From: an uncultured Chloroflexia bacterium
GTDB lineage: Bacteria; Chloroflexota; Anaerolineae; CG2-30-64-16
NCBI GenBank assembly: GCA_963810095.1
Contig: CAWEMM010000010.1
Span: 192,001 to 256,000 of the forward strand
Direction of reading: 5' to 3'
DNA length: 64,000 bases
A program made the translations under genes and the position numbers. Each line of letters begins with the position of its first letter. Within the stretch, counting starts at the first letter, position 1. Below the pieces are notes generated by a model that saw only the letters and a program-made list of their open reading frames with translations, did no database searches and was not told the origin of the DNA. Shown here piece after piece: positions 9,220 through 20,739 of the stretch.

Positions 9220-10180
9220 GAGGTCCTGCTACGGCGGTCGGACGGAGGTCGTCCTTGGCGGCCTGTTCCGCACGCTCGGCCTCCACGTCGGTCTTTTGCG
9301 ACCACGCCATGTCCCAGACCACGTGGCGATCTTTCTTGATCGCAAAGTCGTACCACCCGAGCAAACGCGACCACATCTCCAGCACGGCCAGCAGCACCAG
9401 CGTCCATACGAGCCGGATCGCGCCCCAGATTTCCTTAAAGGCCACTTTCGCGACGCGGGTGTTCTGGATGCTGGACACGGCATAGCCGTACTTGGACTTG
9501 AGGTACAGGTGGCCGGCGTGGTTGCGGCGGCGCTGGCGCACGAAGTCCTTGATGCTGTCGGGGCCGGTGTTGTACACGATCGCGTCGGGCGCATAGCGCA
9601 CCTGCATCCCGCGCTTGACCACCAGCGCCTCGACGAACGCCTCGTCCATGGCAACGTCGGGCGGGATGCGATCGAAGACCTTGCGGAACGCGATCATCTC
9701 GCCGAGCCGCGGGATTTCGAGGCATAGCTGGTGCTCGAGGCGCAGGCGCAGGTGGGTGAACAGGCCGACCAGGTGGTCGGGCGTGTTGACCGGGGTCTTG
9801 TGTGCGCCCGTCATGCCCACGCACGGGTCGGCAAACATGCGGACCATGCGCTCGACCGTGTCCTCGTGGGGCAGGGTGTCGCCGCTCTCCAGCACGCAGA
9901 TGTCTTCTTTGGCGTTGGCGAGAAAGATATTGATCGCGGCGGTTTTGCCCTCGCGCTTCGGCTGGATGAACAGCTTGATGCAAGGGTTGCGGGCCACGTA
10001 AGCTTCGACGATGGGGACGGTGTTGTCGGTGCAGCCGCTGGCGACGACGATGATCTCGCTGATAACAACATGACGTAAGTGTTGGTCCAGCAAGGCATCG
10101 AGGAGGCGGCTGATGTTGGCCTCTTCATTATAGGCGGTCACGCCGACACTGCAGCGCAACTGAGGGATGTTATGATCCAA
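9209..10180 (-). CDS. Glycosyltransferase family 2
   Basis: VTAYNEE, SGCTDNT, QRRR motif; TTG start at 10180 behind GGAGG. Confidence 0.88.
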   Translation of the reverse strand: MDHNIPQLRCSVGVTAYNEEANISRLLDALLDQHLRHVVISEIIVVASGCTDNTVPIVEAYVARNPCIKLFIQPKREGKTAAINIFLANAKEDICVLESGDTLPHEDTVERMVRMFADPCVGMTGAHKTPVNTPDHLVGLFTHLRLRLEHQLCLEIPRLGEMIAFRKVFDRIPPDVAMDEAFVEALVVKRGMQVRYAPDAIVYNTGPDSIKDFVRQRRRNHAGHLYLKSKYGYAVSSIQNTRVAKVAFKEIWGAIRLVWTLVLLAVLEMWSRLLGWYDFAIKKDRHVVWDMAWSQKTDVEAERAEQAAKDDLRPTAVAGPRAR

Positions 10181-10246
10181 CAGTTCCTCCGGGGATGCTG
10201 ATGCCGGCATTATAACAGGAACTGATAACGCGCGCCAAAGAGCGAA

Positions 10247-10436
10247 TGGGACGCAGATTGAACTGATGGAACTGATCTACATGATTGTTCTTGTACAGAT
10301 CAGGTGAATCAGTCCGATCAGCCAAATCAGCGTCCCGATCGGAAGTGGGACACAGATTGAACTGATTGAATTGATCTACATGATTGTTCTTGTTCAGACC
10401 AGGTGAATCAGTCCGATCAGCCTAATCAGCGTCCCA
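10247..10436. repeat. Two tandem ~90-bp palindromic repeats (GGGACGCAGAT...ATCAGCGTCCC family), period 99
   Basis: Copies at 10247-10336 and 10346-10436; relatives at 13908-13994 and 49351-49450. Confidence 0.85.
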
Positions 10437-11572
10437 TTTCCAGTCGCCTGGCCCACGACGTGCGTCGCGGTGCGATGCAAGGGCAGGCAGCCCTGGGCCG
10501 CGAGCGCGGGCGACGGTGCGGTGGCCTCGTCGGGCTTGTCGGAGAGGGCAACCATGAGGCAGCCCCGCGCCTTCAGCCACTCGCACGCCTCGAGGACCTC
10601 GCGCGTCATGCAGACCTCCTCGACCAGCCGCTGGGCCAGTTGCGCGTCGGCAGGCAGGTGCCCCATGCGCGAGACCGTCTCCTGGAACTCGCGCGTCCGG
10701 AATGCTTTGAAGGGGGTCAGGTCGCCGGCCAGCGTGCGCCGGTACACCTCGTCGTGAGTCGCCTGGACACCTTTGGGCATGGCGTCACGCTTTGCGTCCA
10801 TCATGGACATGAACTGGCGGAAATCTTTCAGCCTGCCGTCGCCGATCTGCGCCACCAACTCGTCCACCCCGATCATCCCTGCGCCCGTCATCAGGCAGGC
10901 GTAGGCGACGTTATCCTGGTTGTCGGCGGTGAACGGGTGATACTTGGACGTGTTGAGCACCGCGTAGGCCTGGCGGAACTCGCTCTCGCTGAAGCCGGGG
11001 CCGATCGCCTCGTTCAGCGTGGCCTGGATGGCGGCCACCCGCGCATGGTCGATCGACTTGTCGTTGCGCCCGCGTGCGCCCAGCGCAGTCTTGTCGATGT
11101 CGACGATGACGACCGTCCCGGCGTCCAGCGCAGCGCCGGCGGCCAGCGTCTGCCGGACAAAGTCGGCGACGGCGATCCAGCGGTTGGCTTCGTAGATGCC
11201 CTGCCCGGGCAACCCGTCTCGCTCTTTCATCTGGGGGTGCTCGTCTTTTTCGGCGGCGATCAGGCACCAGCCGGGCCAGCCGGTCAGCGTCCGCAGGTTG
11301 TGGAATGCGCCGCCGTCGCTGAGCAGGTTGTCGCCCAGGTAGAGGATCTCGCTCAGCGCGGGGCCCCGGGGCCGGGCGATGCCTTGCGCGTGGGTCAGCA
11401 GCCGCTCCAGCGCGCGCGCGTAGGCCATGTCCAGCTTGCGCGGGGGCACCGGTCCGTCCATGCCGATCTCATGCCAGATGTCGGCGTAGCGCGGGAGGCG
11501 GCTGTCGACCGCGTTCAGATCGCGATAAATCACCAGATCGCCGAACACATCGGCCAGGGAGCGTAATTCCAT
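10394..11572 (-). CDS. Hypothetical protein with circularly permuted HAD-like motifs
   Basis: Motif order PRKLD (III), YLGDNLLSD (IV), VIVDIDKT (I), WLKARGCLMVALSDK (II). Confidence 0.75.
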   Translation of the reverse strand: MELRSLADVFGDLVIYRDLNAVDSRLPRYADIWHEIGMDGPVPPRKLDMAYARALERLLTHAQGIARPRGPALSEILYLGDNLLSDGGAFHNLRTLTGWPGWCLIAAEKDEHPQMKERDGLPGQGIYEANRWIAVADFVRQTLAAGAALDAGTVVIVDIDKTALGARGRNDKSIDHARVAAIQATLNEAIGPGFSESEFRQAYAVLNTSKYHPFTADNQDNVAYACLMTGAGMIGVDELVAQIGDGRLKDFRQFMSMMDAKRDAMPKGVQATHDEVYRRTLAGDLTPFKAFRTREFQETVSRMGHLPADAQLAQRLVEEVCMTREVLEACEWLKARGCLMVALSDKPDEATAPSPALAAQGCLPLHRTATHVVGQATGNGTLIRLIGLIHLV

Positions 11573-11586
11573 GTGACCCTCATCTT

Positions 11587-11661
11587 CACCACGAAGACAC
11601 CAAGTCACAAAGCTTCACAAAGCCTTCGTGACTCTTTGAGTCTTCGTGTCTTTGTGGTTAA
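11587..11661. repeat. CACAAAG-family palindrome overlapping the asd stop codon
   Basis: caccacgaagacaccaag...cttcgtgtctttgtggttaa. Confidence 0.7.
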
Positions 11662-12806
11662 AGCCAACCCTGTGCGTACAGCAGTTCCGCGTTGAGCAGC
11701 GCGCCGCCGGCTGCGCCGCGGATCGTGTTGTGACCTAGCACGATGAATTTGTAATCGAAGAGCGGGTCGGGGCGCAGGCGTCCCACGCTCGTCGCCATCC
11801 CGTGGCCGGCCAACCGGTCCAGCCGGGGCTGCGGCCGGTCCTGCTCGGTGTGCAGGACGATGGCCGGGTTGGGCGCCGTTGGCAGGCCCATGCGTTGGGG
11901 CTCGCCGGCGTAGGACGTGAAGGCTGCGGCCACGTCCTCCAGGGAGGCCTTCGCTTTCAGCTTGACGCTGACGGCTTCGAGGTGTCCGTTACGCACGGCC
12001 ACCCGGTTTGCCTGTGCGCTCACCAGGAAGTCGGCGAATTCGATGGCATCGGCCCCCAGCCGCCCCAACAGCTTGCGGGGCTCGATCTCGATCTTCTCTT
12101 CCTCGCCGCCGATGTAGGGCACGACGTTGTCCAGGATGTCGAGCGACGCGACGCCGGGATAGCCCGCGCCGGATAGAGCCTGCATCGTGACGACGTTGAC
12201 CGCCACCAGCCCGAACGCGTCGTGCAGCGGCTTGAGCGCGCAGACCAGGTGGGTGCTCGAGCAATTGGGGTTGGTGACGATGAAACCAACGCGGCCGCCT
12301 GCCGAACGCTTGCCCAGCGCCAACCGCTTGCGCTGCTGCGCATGGATGAGGGCAGTGTGTTCGGGGTTCACGTCGGGGATGAGCAGCGGCACGTCGGCAT
12401 CCATGCGGTGGGCAGACGCATTCGAGCAGACGGCAAAACCTGCATCGGCCAGCTCGTTTTCGACCAGCCCGGCCGCGCCGCCCGGAATGGCGGAGAACAG
12501 CAGGCGCACGTCGCCTGCCGCGCTTTCGATGGCGCCCGGCTCCGTCGGGATGAGCAGCATGTCCTGCACGTTCGCCGGCATGCCCCCCCGAAGGAGCCAC
12601 TTCGCCGCATCGCCGTAGCGCTTGCCGACCGAGCGGTCCGAGGCGGTCAGGCAGCCGATTTCGAACCACGGATGCCCGGCCAGCAGCTGCACGAAGCGCT
12701 GCCCCACCGCGCCCGTGGCGCCCACCACGCCGACCTTGATCTTTGGCTCGGGTCCTTTTGCGCGTTCCGTGGCGGCCTGCACTGCCGGATTTCTTGCTTC
12801 AGTCAT
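11658..12806 (-). CDS. asd: Aspartate-semialdehyde dehydrogenase (archaeal/eukaryotic-like type)
   Basis: GATGAVGQRF, NPNCS, MQALSGAGYPG, HNTIRGAAGG. Confidence 0.96.
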   Translation of the reverse strand: MTEARNPAVQAATERAKGPEPKIKVGVVGATGAVGQRFVQLLAGHPWFEIGCLTASDRSVGKRYGDAAKWLLRGGMPANVQDMLLIPTEPGAIESAAGDVRLLFSAIPGGAAGLVENELADAGFAVCSNASAHRMDADVPLLIPDVNPEHTALIHAQQRKRLALGKRSAGGRVGFIVTNPNCSSTHLVCALKPLHDAFGLVAVNVVTMQALSGAGYPGVASLDILDNVVPYIGGEEEKIEIEPRKLLGRLGADAIEFADFLVSAQANRVAVRNGHLEAVSVKLKAKASLEDVAAAFTSYAGEPQRMGLPTAPNPAIVLHTEQDRPQPRLDRLAGHGMATSVGRLRPDPLFDYKFIVLGHNTIRGAAGGALLNAELLYAQGWL

Positions 12807-12807
12807 C

Positions 12808-13890
12808 TCAACCTCCCAACGTCTGCCCCAGGGCGACGATATCCGAATGCACGCCGGCCGCCGCCGCTTCCACCCCTGCGCCCCGCCCCTGCAGCACGAG
12901 CGGCGTGTCGGGGTAGTAGCGGGTGCGGAAGGCGACCAGGTTGTCGTTGCCGCGCAGCAAGCCGAGTGGGCTGTCCAGCGGCACAGCTTTCACGCCGACG
13001 CTCGCACGGCCGTCCTGCAGGCTGACCGCATAGCGCAGCGTGGCGCCGGTCGATGCCGCTTCGCGCGCTTGCTCGGCGCACTCGTCGTCCAAATCGGACA
13101 GCCGGTCGAGGAACTCTGCCATGGGCAGCCCGGCGAGGGCCGGCGGCACCAACGATTGGATGCCTACCTCGAGCAGTTCCATCTGCCAGCCGATGGTGCG
13201 CGCCAGGATCAGGGCCTTGCGTGCAACGTCCAGGCCCCCCAGGTCGATGCGGGGATCCGGCTCGGTGTAGCCGCGCGCCATCGCCTCGCGCACCTGGCCC
13301 GAGAACGGTTGGCCCTCCTGGATGCCCGTGTAGAGGAAGCCGAGCGTCCCGCTCAGCGCCCCTTCCACCGAGGCGATCACGTCGTCGGCCCGCATCAGCC
13401 CGAGGGTGGCCTCGATGATGGGCACCGCCGACCCGACCGTCGACTCGTAACGGAAGCGGCGGCTGCCCGCAAGCGAGTTGAACACTGCCTGGGGCCCGGT
13501 GAGTGGAATCTTGTTCGCCGTGACCGCGCCATAGCCGCGCTGGACGGCCAGCAGCAGCGCGGGCACCGTGGCCTCGCTGGCGGTCACGTCCACGACGATG
13601 GCGCGGTCCTGCCCGACCAGGTCCACGATCGCAGGGAGGTCCTGCTGGGGCGAACCGTACTCCGTGTTGGCGAACGAGTCACCCGCATGCTTGGCGGCCG
13701 ACACCGTGCGGAGCACCTCGGGCCACACGCCCTTTTCGTCGACGACGGCGCCGTCGCGGTCACACCAGGCGGCGATGCTCAGTGCGAGCGCATCACGCTC
13801 GGCGTGCAGCCCTGCCGAGCCGAGCAACTGGCGCACCAGCGCGCGGCCAACCTTGCCGGCGCCGAAGATGATCAACGGGACTCTTTTCAT
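12808..13890 (-). CDS. hom: Homoserine dehydrogenase (ThrA-like HSDH domain)
   Basis: GAGKVG, VTANK, YESTVGSAVP, SGTLG, GYTEPDPRIDLGGLDVARKALIL. Confidence 0.92.
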   Translation of the reverse strand: MKRVPLIIFGAGKVGRALVRQLLGSAGLHAERDALALSIAAWCDRDGAVVDEKGVWPEVLRTVSAAKHAGDSFANTEYGSPQQDLPAIVDLVGQDRAIVVDVTASEATVPALLLAVQRGYGAVTANKIPLTGPQAVFNSLAGSRRFRYESTVGSAVPIIEATLGLMRADDVIASVEGALSGTLGFLYTGIQEGQPFSGQVREAMARGYTEPDPRIDLGGLDVARKALILARTIGWQMELLEVGIQSLVPPALAGLPMAEFLDRLSDLDDECAEQAREAASTGATLRYAVSLQDGRASVGVKAVPLDSPLGLLRGNDNLVAFRTRYYPDTPLVLQGRGAGVEAAAAGVHSDIVALGQTLGG

Positions 13891-13907
13891 AGTTCCAGCT
13901 TTCGAAC

Positions 13908-13994
13908 GGGACGCAGATTGAACCGATTGGACTGATTGACCTGATCGAAGGGTAGGGATCATCTACATCAGTCTTATCAGTCCGATCAGCGTCC
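13908..13994. repeat. GGGACGCAGAT-family palindrome
   Basis: gggacgcagattgaaccgatt...atcagtccgatcagcgtcc, abutting the lysC stop. Confidence 0.75.
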
Positions 13995-15412
13995 TATTTT
14001 GTCTCGCCCAGCGCAAATGCGTCGTGAATATAGCGAATGCCGGCGTCGGCGTCGCCCGCGGCCAGGGCCAGCGAGATGTTCGTCTCGGAGGAACCCTGCG
14101 CGACGGCGATCACGTTCACGCGCTTCTCGCCCAGCGCAGAGAACAGGCGGGCGGCGATGCCCGGCGTGCCGCGCATCCCTTCGCCGACGATGGCTACGAT
14201 CACCACGTCCGGCTCGATCGTGACCCGGTCGATCAGGCGGCGCTTGATCTCTTCGCCGAAGGCCCGCTCCAGCGCGTCGCAGACCGGCTCGGCGTCGGCC
14301 TCGGGCACGACGAAGCAGATGCTCTGCTCGGAGGATGCCTGCGAGATCATCAGGACGTTGGCGCCCCGCTGTGCGACCGCCGCGAAGGTGCGCGCCGCAA
14401 TGCCCGGCACGCCCATCATGCCGCGGCCGGCGACCGTCACCAGCGCCAGCCCCCGGATGACCGTCAGCGCCTTGACCGTGCCCCCGTTCGACGACTTGGG
14501 GACGACGCGCGTGCCGGGAAAGCCGGGGTTGAAGGTGTTGCGGACGCTGATGACGATGCCCCGGTCGATCGCGGGGAGCATGGTCTTCGGGTGCAGCACC
14601 TTCGCCCCGAAATAGGCCAGTTCGGCGGCCTCACCGTACGTCAGCTCGGCCAACGGCTGCGCATCCTTGACGATGCGCGGGTCTGCCGTCAGCACCCCGT
14701 CCACGTCGGTCCAGATCTGGATTTCGTCCGCGTCGAGCGCGGCCCCCAGAATCGCGGCGGAGTAGTCCGAGCCGCCCCGGCCGAGGACGGTGGGCACGCC
14801 CTGCGGCGTCGCCGCGACGAAGCCGGTCACGACCGGAACGACGCCCTTTTCCAGCAGCGGCAGCAGGCGGCTGCGGGTGGCCGTCCGTGTCGCTTCCATG
14901 TCAGGAGCCGCCGAGGCGTGGTTGTCGTCCGTGACGATCAGTGCGCCGTCTGGCGACCCCGCATCCACGGCTTCGGCCTCGAGGCCCCGGGCGCGCATGG
15001 CCGCGGCCAGAATGGGCGCCATGAGCCGCTCGCCCAGGCCGGAAATGACCGCAAGCCCGCGGTCCGTCAGTTCGCCCAGGATTGCGACGGCCATGCACAA
15101 GCGCTCGAACTCGCGCACGCGCTCGTCGGTTTGCGCCTGGAGCACGGCAAGGTCGTCCAGATCGTGCACGAGCGCCTCGGCCGCATCGCGGTGCCGGCCG
15201 ATCAGCGTCTGGCGGGCGTCCCGGTAGGCCTGCCGGTCGCCCCGGGCAGCGGCGTTGGCCGAGTTGATCAACAGGTCAGTCACCCCCCGCATGGCGGAGG
15301 TGACGGCGACGATCTGCTGATCCTTGCGCCGCTGGTCTGCGAGAATGCTGACGACCTGGTTGATGGCCTTCGCGTCGTTGACCGACGTTCCGCCAAACTT
15401 GAGCACTTGCAT
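13994..15412 (-). CDS. lysC: Aspartate kinase with two ACT domains
   Basis: KFGGTSV, LGRGGSDYSA, WTDVDG, YFGAKVLHP, SQASSE. Confidence 0.96.
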   Translation of the reverse strand: MQVLKFGGTSVNDAKAINQVVSILADQRRKDQQIVAVTSAMRGVTDLLINSANAAARGDRQAYRDARQTLIGRHRDAAEALVHDLDDLAVLQAQTDERVREFERLCMAVAILGELTDRGLAVISGLGERLMAPILAAAMRARGLEAEAVDAGSPDGALIVTDDNHASAAPDMEATRTATRSRLLPLLEKGVVPVVTGFVAATPQGVPTVLGRGGSDYSAAILGAALDADEIQIWTDVDGVLTADPRIVKDAQPLAELTYGEAAELAYFGAKVLHPKTMLPAIDRGIVISVRNTFNPGFPGTRVVPKSSNGGTVKALTVIRGLALVTVAGRGMMGVPGIAARTFAAVAQRGANVLMISQASSEQSICFVVPEADAEPVCDALERAFGEEIKRRLIDRVTIEPDVVIVAIVGEGMRGTPGIAARLFSALGEKRVNVIAVAQGSSETNISLALAAGDADAGIRYIHDAFALGETK

Positions 15413-15434
15413 GAAACCCTCTCCTCCTCAGAAA

Positions 15435-15740
15435 ACGAAAAAGCTCCTCGCCGTTGGGGCGAGGAGCTTCGCGGTTCCACCCAATATTATCCTGCCGGCA
15501 CGTCTCGCGTAAGCAGGCATCTTACAGAGCCGTAACGTGGCTGGGCGGAGCGCCATACACTCCCCGGTCGGCCATCGTCGTGAAGGGCCGTCGGCCGGAT
15601 TTGTGGCGCTCGCTCTCGGGGGGTTTTCGGTGGTTGCCGGGCGAAGGCGGGTTTACACTCGTCGGCTTTCAGCCGATGACCCGCCGTCTCTGCCGCCGTT
15701 TCGCCGCCTACTCGTCCCGATCGACGCTTTCGGTATCAAA
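15435..15740 (-). ncRNA. T-box riboswitch leader (likely Thr, ACC specifier) with terminator
   Basis: Stem I AGTA, AGAGA and GCTGAAAG motifs; specifier loop gaaaaccc; T-box aatattGGGTGGAACCGCG at 15470-15488; terminator aagctcctcgcc/ggcgaggagctt plus U-tract. Confidence 0.9.
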
Positions 15741-15750
15741 AGTTGGACGG

Positions 15751-15778
15751 ATTATAACGGCTGCGGCCGGCTTGTCAA
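15751..15778 (-). promoter_or_regulatory. Consensus sigma70 promoter for the T-box leader
   Basis: TTGACA-16-TATAAT. Confidence 0.8.
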
Positions 15779-15843
15779 ATCGCAAATTGCGCATAAAGGG
15801 TGCCTCACTCCACCGGCTCGACGAGCCGGGTGTTCCGCAGCAT

Positions 15844-16848
15844 TCAGGTCTTGACCAAGTTGACCCAATAGTCGATCACCTCGAAGCCGCGGCGGCGGAA
15901 GAGCGAAAAGGCTTCGGCATTGTCCTTCGTGTGCACGTGCACTTCGACCGAGACGTAACCACGGTTAGCCATCTCGGCCAGCGCCCGGTCGAGCAGGAAC
16001 GAACCGAACCGTAAGCCCCGGTACTGCCGCGCCAGCCCAATCCACGCCAGCGCGGCGATGGTCGGGTCGGGCATAGGATACCAGGCGATGCTCCCGACAG
16101 CCCGGTTGCCATCCGCAACGACGAGGCCCTGGTAACGCCGGCCCGCATTGTTGCCCCACGCCCGCAGTTGGTAAACCGGCTCGTCGCCCTGCCACGGCGA
16201 GCGTTCGTCGATCGACACCAGGCGCAGGTCGCGCTGGCCCAGCCCCGGATCGTCGGGCCGCTCGCGGTCGTGGAGCGAGGCCGACATGGTCACGTCGCCC
16301 GGGCTGCTGACCTGGTAGCCCCGCTTGTTGAGCCATGCGACGAGGTCCCGGTCGTTCACCGCGCTGATCGCCATGCTCTCGGTCGAGCCGTACCAGGGCG
16401 CCCACAGCCGCTCCATGATCCCGTAGAAGGGTGCGTTCTGCGCTGCGAAGTACATGGGGCAGTAGTAGAGGTAGTTTTCCGCCGCATTAAGAAGTCGGGT
16501 GCCCAGGCGCTGCTTGCGATAGCGGGGGTCGACAGCCAGCCAGGCGACATGATGGCGGGGTTCGGCCGAACGGTTGGCCGGAATGGCGCTCGCCGGCTTG
16601 ATGGCATGGACCGCGCCGGCGAGCCGGTCGCCGTCCATGCCCAGGATCAGGCCGCCCGGGTCGAAGGCCGGTTGCACCAGCACGCGCTCCGCAAAGTCGG
16701 CGACGGTGATCGGCGCATAATGGCGATGGCCGGCGAACGCCTCATTCAGAAAGTCGATGAGCGCGGGCAGGTGCTCCGGGCTGAAGTGACGGAGCTTGAC
16801 CGTGGCCTGGGTCTGAACATCGTTGTTGTTTGTCGTAGCGCTGGTCAC
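15844..16848 (-). CDS. Tandem (two-domain) GNAT acetyltransferase
   Basis: Two acetyl-CoA motifs, AVDPRYRKQRLGTRLL and GLARQYRGLRFGSFLL; GTG start inferred. Confidence 0.8.
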   Translation of the reverse strand: MTSATTNNNDVQTQATVKLRHFSPEHLPALIDFLNEAFAGHRHYAPITVADFAERVLVQPAFDPGGLILGMDGDRLAGAVHAIKPASAIPANRSAEPRHHVAWLAVDPRYRKQRLGTRLLNAAENYLYYCPMYFAAQNAPFYGIMERLWAPWYGSTESMAISAVNDRDLVAWLNKRGYQVSSPGDVTMSASLHDRERPDDPGLGQRDLRLVSIDERSPWQGDEPVYQLRAWGNNAGRRYQGLVVADGNRAVGSIAWYPMPDPTIAALAWIGLARQYRGLRFGSFLLDRALAEMANRGYVSVEVHVHTKDNAEAFSLFRRRGFEVIDYWVNLVKT

Positions 16849-16850
16849 TC

Positions 16851-17902
16851 TTACGTCCCTACATAGCGTGCATAAAGGGTGGCCGCCTGGACTTCGTCCT
16901 GCGTGCCCTTGATGATCGCCCGGCCATCGGGGAACACGGTGAACTCGTGGCCGTCCACGTTGGCCCGCAGCAGGAAGGGGTTGCTTGCGCACGTCCGTCG
17001 CCCCGCCCAGCCGCAGCCGCTCGGCCAGGTCGTCCAGCGACATGCCCTCGCCGGTGCCGGCCCCGCGGCTGCCGGCCACCGACACCTGCACCGCATCCCG
17101 GCCGCACAAGGACGTCGTCCGCGTGCCCGCTTCCGCGTTCAAGAACTCGTATTCGTGGGTGCCGCACGTCGGACAATCGGGCCGCGGCGGGCCGAGCTCG
17201 AACTTGTCATACGAGCTATCCCACAGGTCGACGTGGACCATGCCGGTGTTGATTTCCCCCTTGCCGACGATCAGCTTGATCGCTTCGGCCGCGGCGATCG
17301 AGCCCATCAAGCGACACGATGGGGCCGGTAATGCCTGCCGTGTCGCAGGTGGCGACCGTGCCGGGCGCGGGCAGCTCGCCCATGATGCAGCGCAGGCAGG
17401 GGGTGACGCCGGGCCTGACCGTGTGGGTCATGCCGTAGGAGGCCAGTACGCCGGAGTAAACCCACGGCTTGCCCAGCTTGACGCACGCGTCGTTGAGCAG
17501 GTAGCGGGTGGAGAAGTTGTCCGTGCCGTCGAGGACGACGTCGGCATCCGAGATCAGGCCGACGACGTTGGTCGGGTTGACGTCCGTAACGATGTCCTCG
17601 ATCTCGATCGAGCTGTTGATCCGGCGCAGCTTGCGCGCCGCGGCAACCGCCTTCGGCAGCATCTGGGCCAGGTCGTCCTCGTCGTACAGGAGCTGGCGCT
17701 GCAGGTTATTCAGCTCGACAAAGTCGCGATCGACGATGCGCAGGTGGCCCACGCCGGCCCGCGCCAGGTGGTTCGCCAGCACCGAGCCCGTCGCGCCGAC
17801 GCCGATGATCGTGACGTGTGCATCCAGCAGCCGGCGCTGCCCGTCCTCGCCAATGCCGGGAAAGATTGTTTGTCGCGCATACCGCGCCAGATTAGGTTCC
17901 AT
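16851..17902 (-). CDS. ThiF/MoeB-family E1-like adenylyltransferase (two apparent frameshifts, ~17310 and ~16985)
   Basis: RYARQ, GVGATG, DRDFVELNNLQRQ, PCLRC, then DCPTCG and FPDGRAIIKGT in other frames. Confidence 0.85.
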
Positions 17903-17931
17903 AAGAGGGATTTTACCACAGAAGGACATGA

Positions 17932-17964
17932 AGAAACCAGGTTTCTGCCAGAAACCTGGTTTCT
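17932..17964. repeat. AGAAACCNGGTTTCT-family palindrome pair
   Basis: agaaaccaggtttctgccagaaacctggtttct; relatives at ~7997, 24284, 42931. Confidence 0.7.
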
Positions 17965-17969
17965 ATCGC

Positions 17970-19880
<1,911 letters not shown>

Positions 19881-20009
19881 GGCAGTCCTCCGTTCGTCCA
19901 GATCATGCGTCGCGCAAATTATAAACAAGGGCGGCGCAAGGTGCAATGTGGCGTCACCGGCCGAGCGCTTGCGAATTGACAGTGTCGTATATGATGGTAA
20001 TATACAAGC

Positions 20010-20309
20010 GTGATCAATACGGACCAGTTTGACGGGTTTGATTGGGATGCCGGGAACAGCGAGAAGAACTGGCTCAAGCACGGCGTAACGCCGGCGGAGT
20101 GCGAGGAAGTTTTCTTCAACCAGCCTTTGCTGGTGGCGTCCGACCCCTCACACTCGGAGCGAGAGCCCCGCTACTTCGCGTTGGGCCGGACTGACGGGGA
20201 GAGGCAGTTGTTCGTCGCCTTCACCGGGCGGGGAACGAAAATTCGGGTTATCTCGGCGCGCGATATGAGCCGTAGGGAAAGAGCGATCTATGCTAAAGCC
20301 AATTCCTGA
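20010..20309 (+). CDS. BrnT-family toxin (RNase)
   Basis: [17 protein letters not shown]...IRVISAR; probably leaderless behind TTGACA-16-TAATAT at 19976-20003. Confidence 0.9.
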   Translation: MINTDQFDGFDWDAGNSEKNWLKHGVTPAECEEVFFNQPLLVASDPSHSEREPRYFALGRTDGERQLFVAFTGRGTKIRVISARDMSRRERAIYAKANS

Positions 20310-20565
20310 CTTTGAAAATGAGGACGCGGAGCGCGAGTTTTGGGCCGAGCATGACTCGGCCGAATACGTGGATTGGAGCAGCGCGTGGCCGGTCGCCTAT
20401 CCGCAGCTCAAGCCGACCACGAGGACGATCTCGCTGCGCGTGCCGGAATCGATGTTGAACGAACTGAAGCTGCTGGCAAACAAGCGGGACGTGCCATACC
20501 AGTCGCTCATCAAAATCTTTCTGCGCGAGCGCATCGACCGGGAGCTCAAGCGCACCGGAAGTTAG
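20290..20565 (+). CDS. BrnA/CopG-like antitoxin
   Basis: [27 protein letters not shown]; overlaps the toxin 3' end. Confidence 0.9.
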   Translation: MLKPIPDFENEDAEREFWAEHDSAEYVDWSSAWPVAYPQLKPTTRTISLRVPESMLNELKLLANKRDVPYQSLIKIFLRERIDRELKRTGS

Positions 20566-20711
20566 CCTCGGCCTCCCCCCTGGCCTACGGCAGAGCGTAG
20601 GTGGGGGGACTGTCCTTACTAGCGTCCCTCCGCCTCTACCACGCCAATTTCCTCCTCCGTGGCCCGAAGTGTCTCCATTCGTTCTATCTTTCACAATATG
20701 ATAAGTGATAT

Positions 20712-20739
20712 TTGACACGAACAGGGCTTGCGTTATAAT
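20712..20739 (+). promoter_or_regulatory. Consensus promoter of rex
   Basis: TTGACA-16-TATAAT in an AT-rich stretch. Confidence 0.75.

Noticed and set aside
7072-9339. Long shadow ORFs (e.g. 7072-9339, 17508-19979, 29263-31677, 53090-55030)
   Set aside because: They overlap well-supported genes and lack motifs; typical of high-GC codon bias
10247-10436. Possible CRISPR array
   Set aside because: Only two ~90-bp near-identical units, no unique spacers and no cas genes; matches a dispersed palindrome family
15844-17310. ThiF-GNAT fusion ORF (488 aa)
   Set aside because: Arises from a frameshift; the ThiF C-terminus ends at 16851 in another frame and the GNAT has its own start
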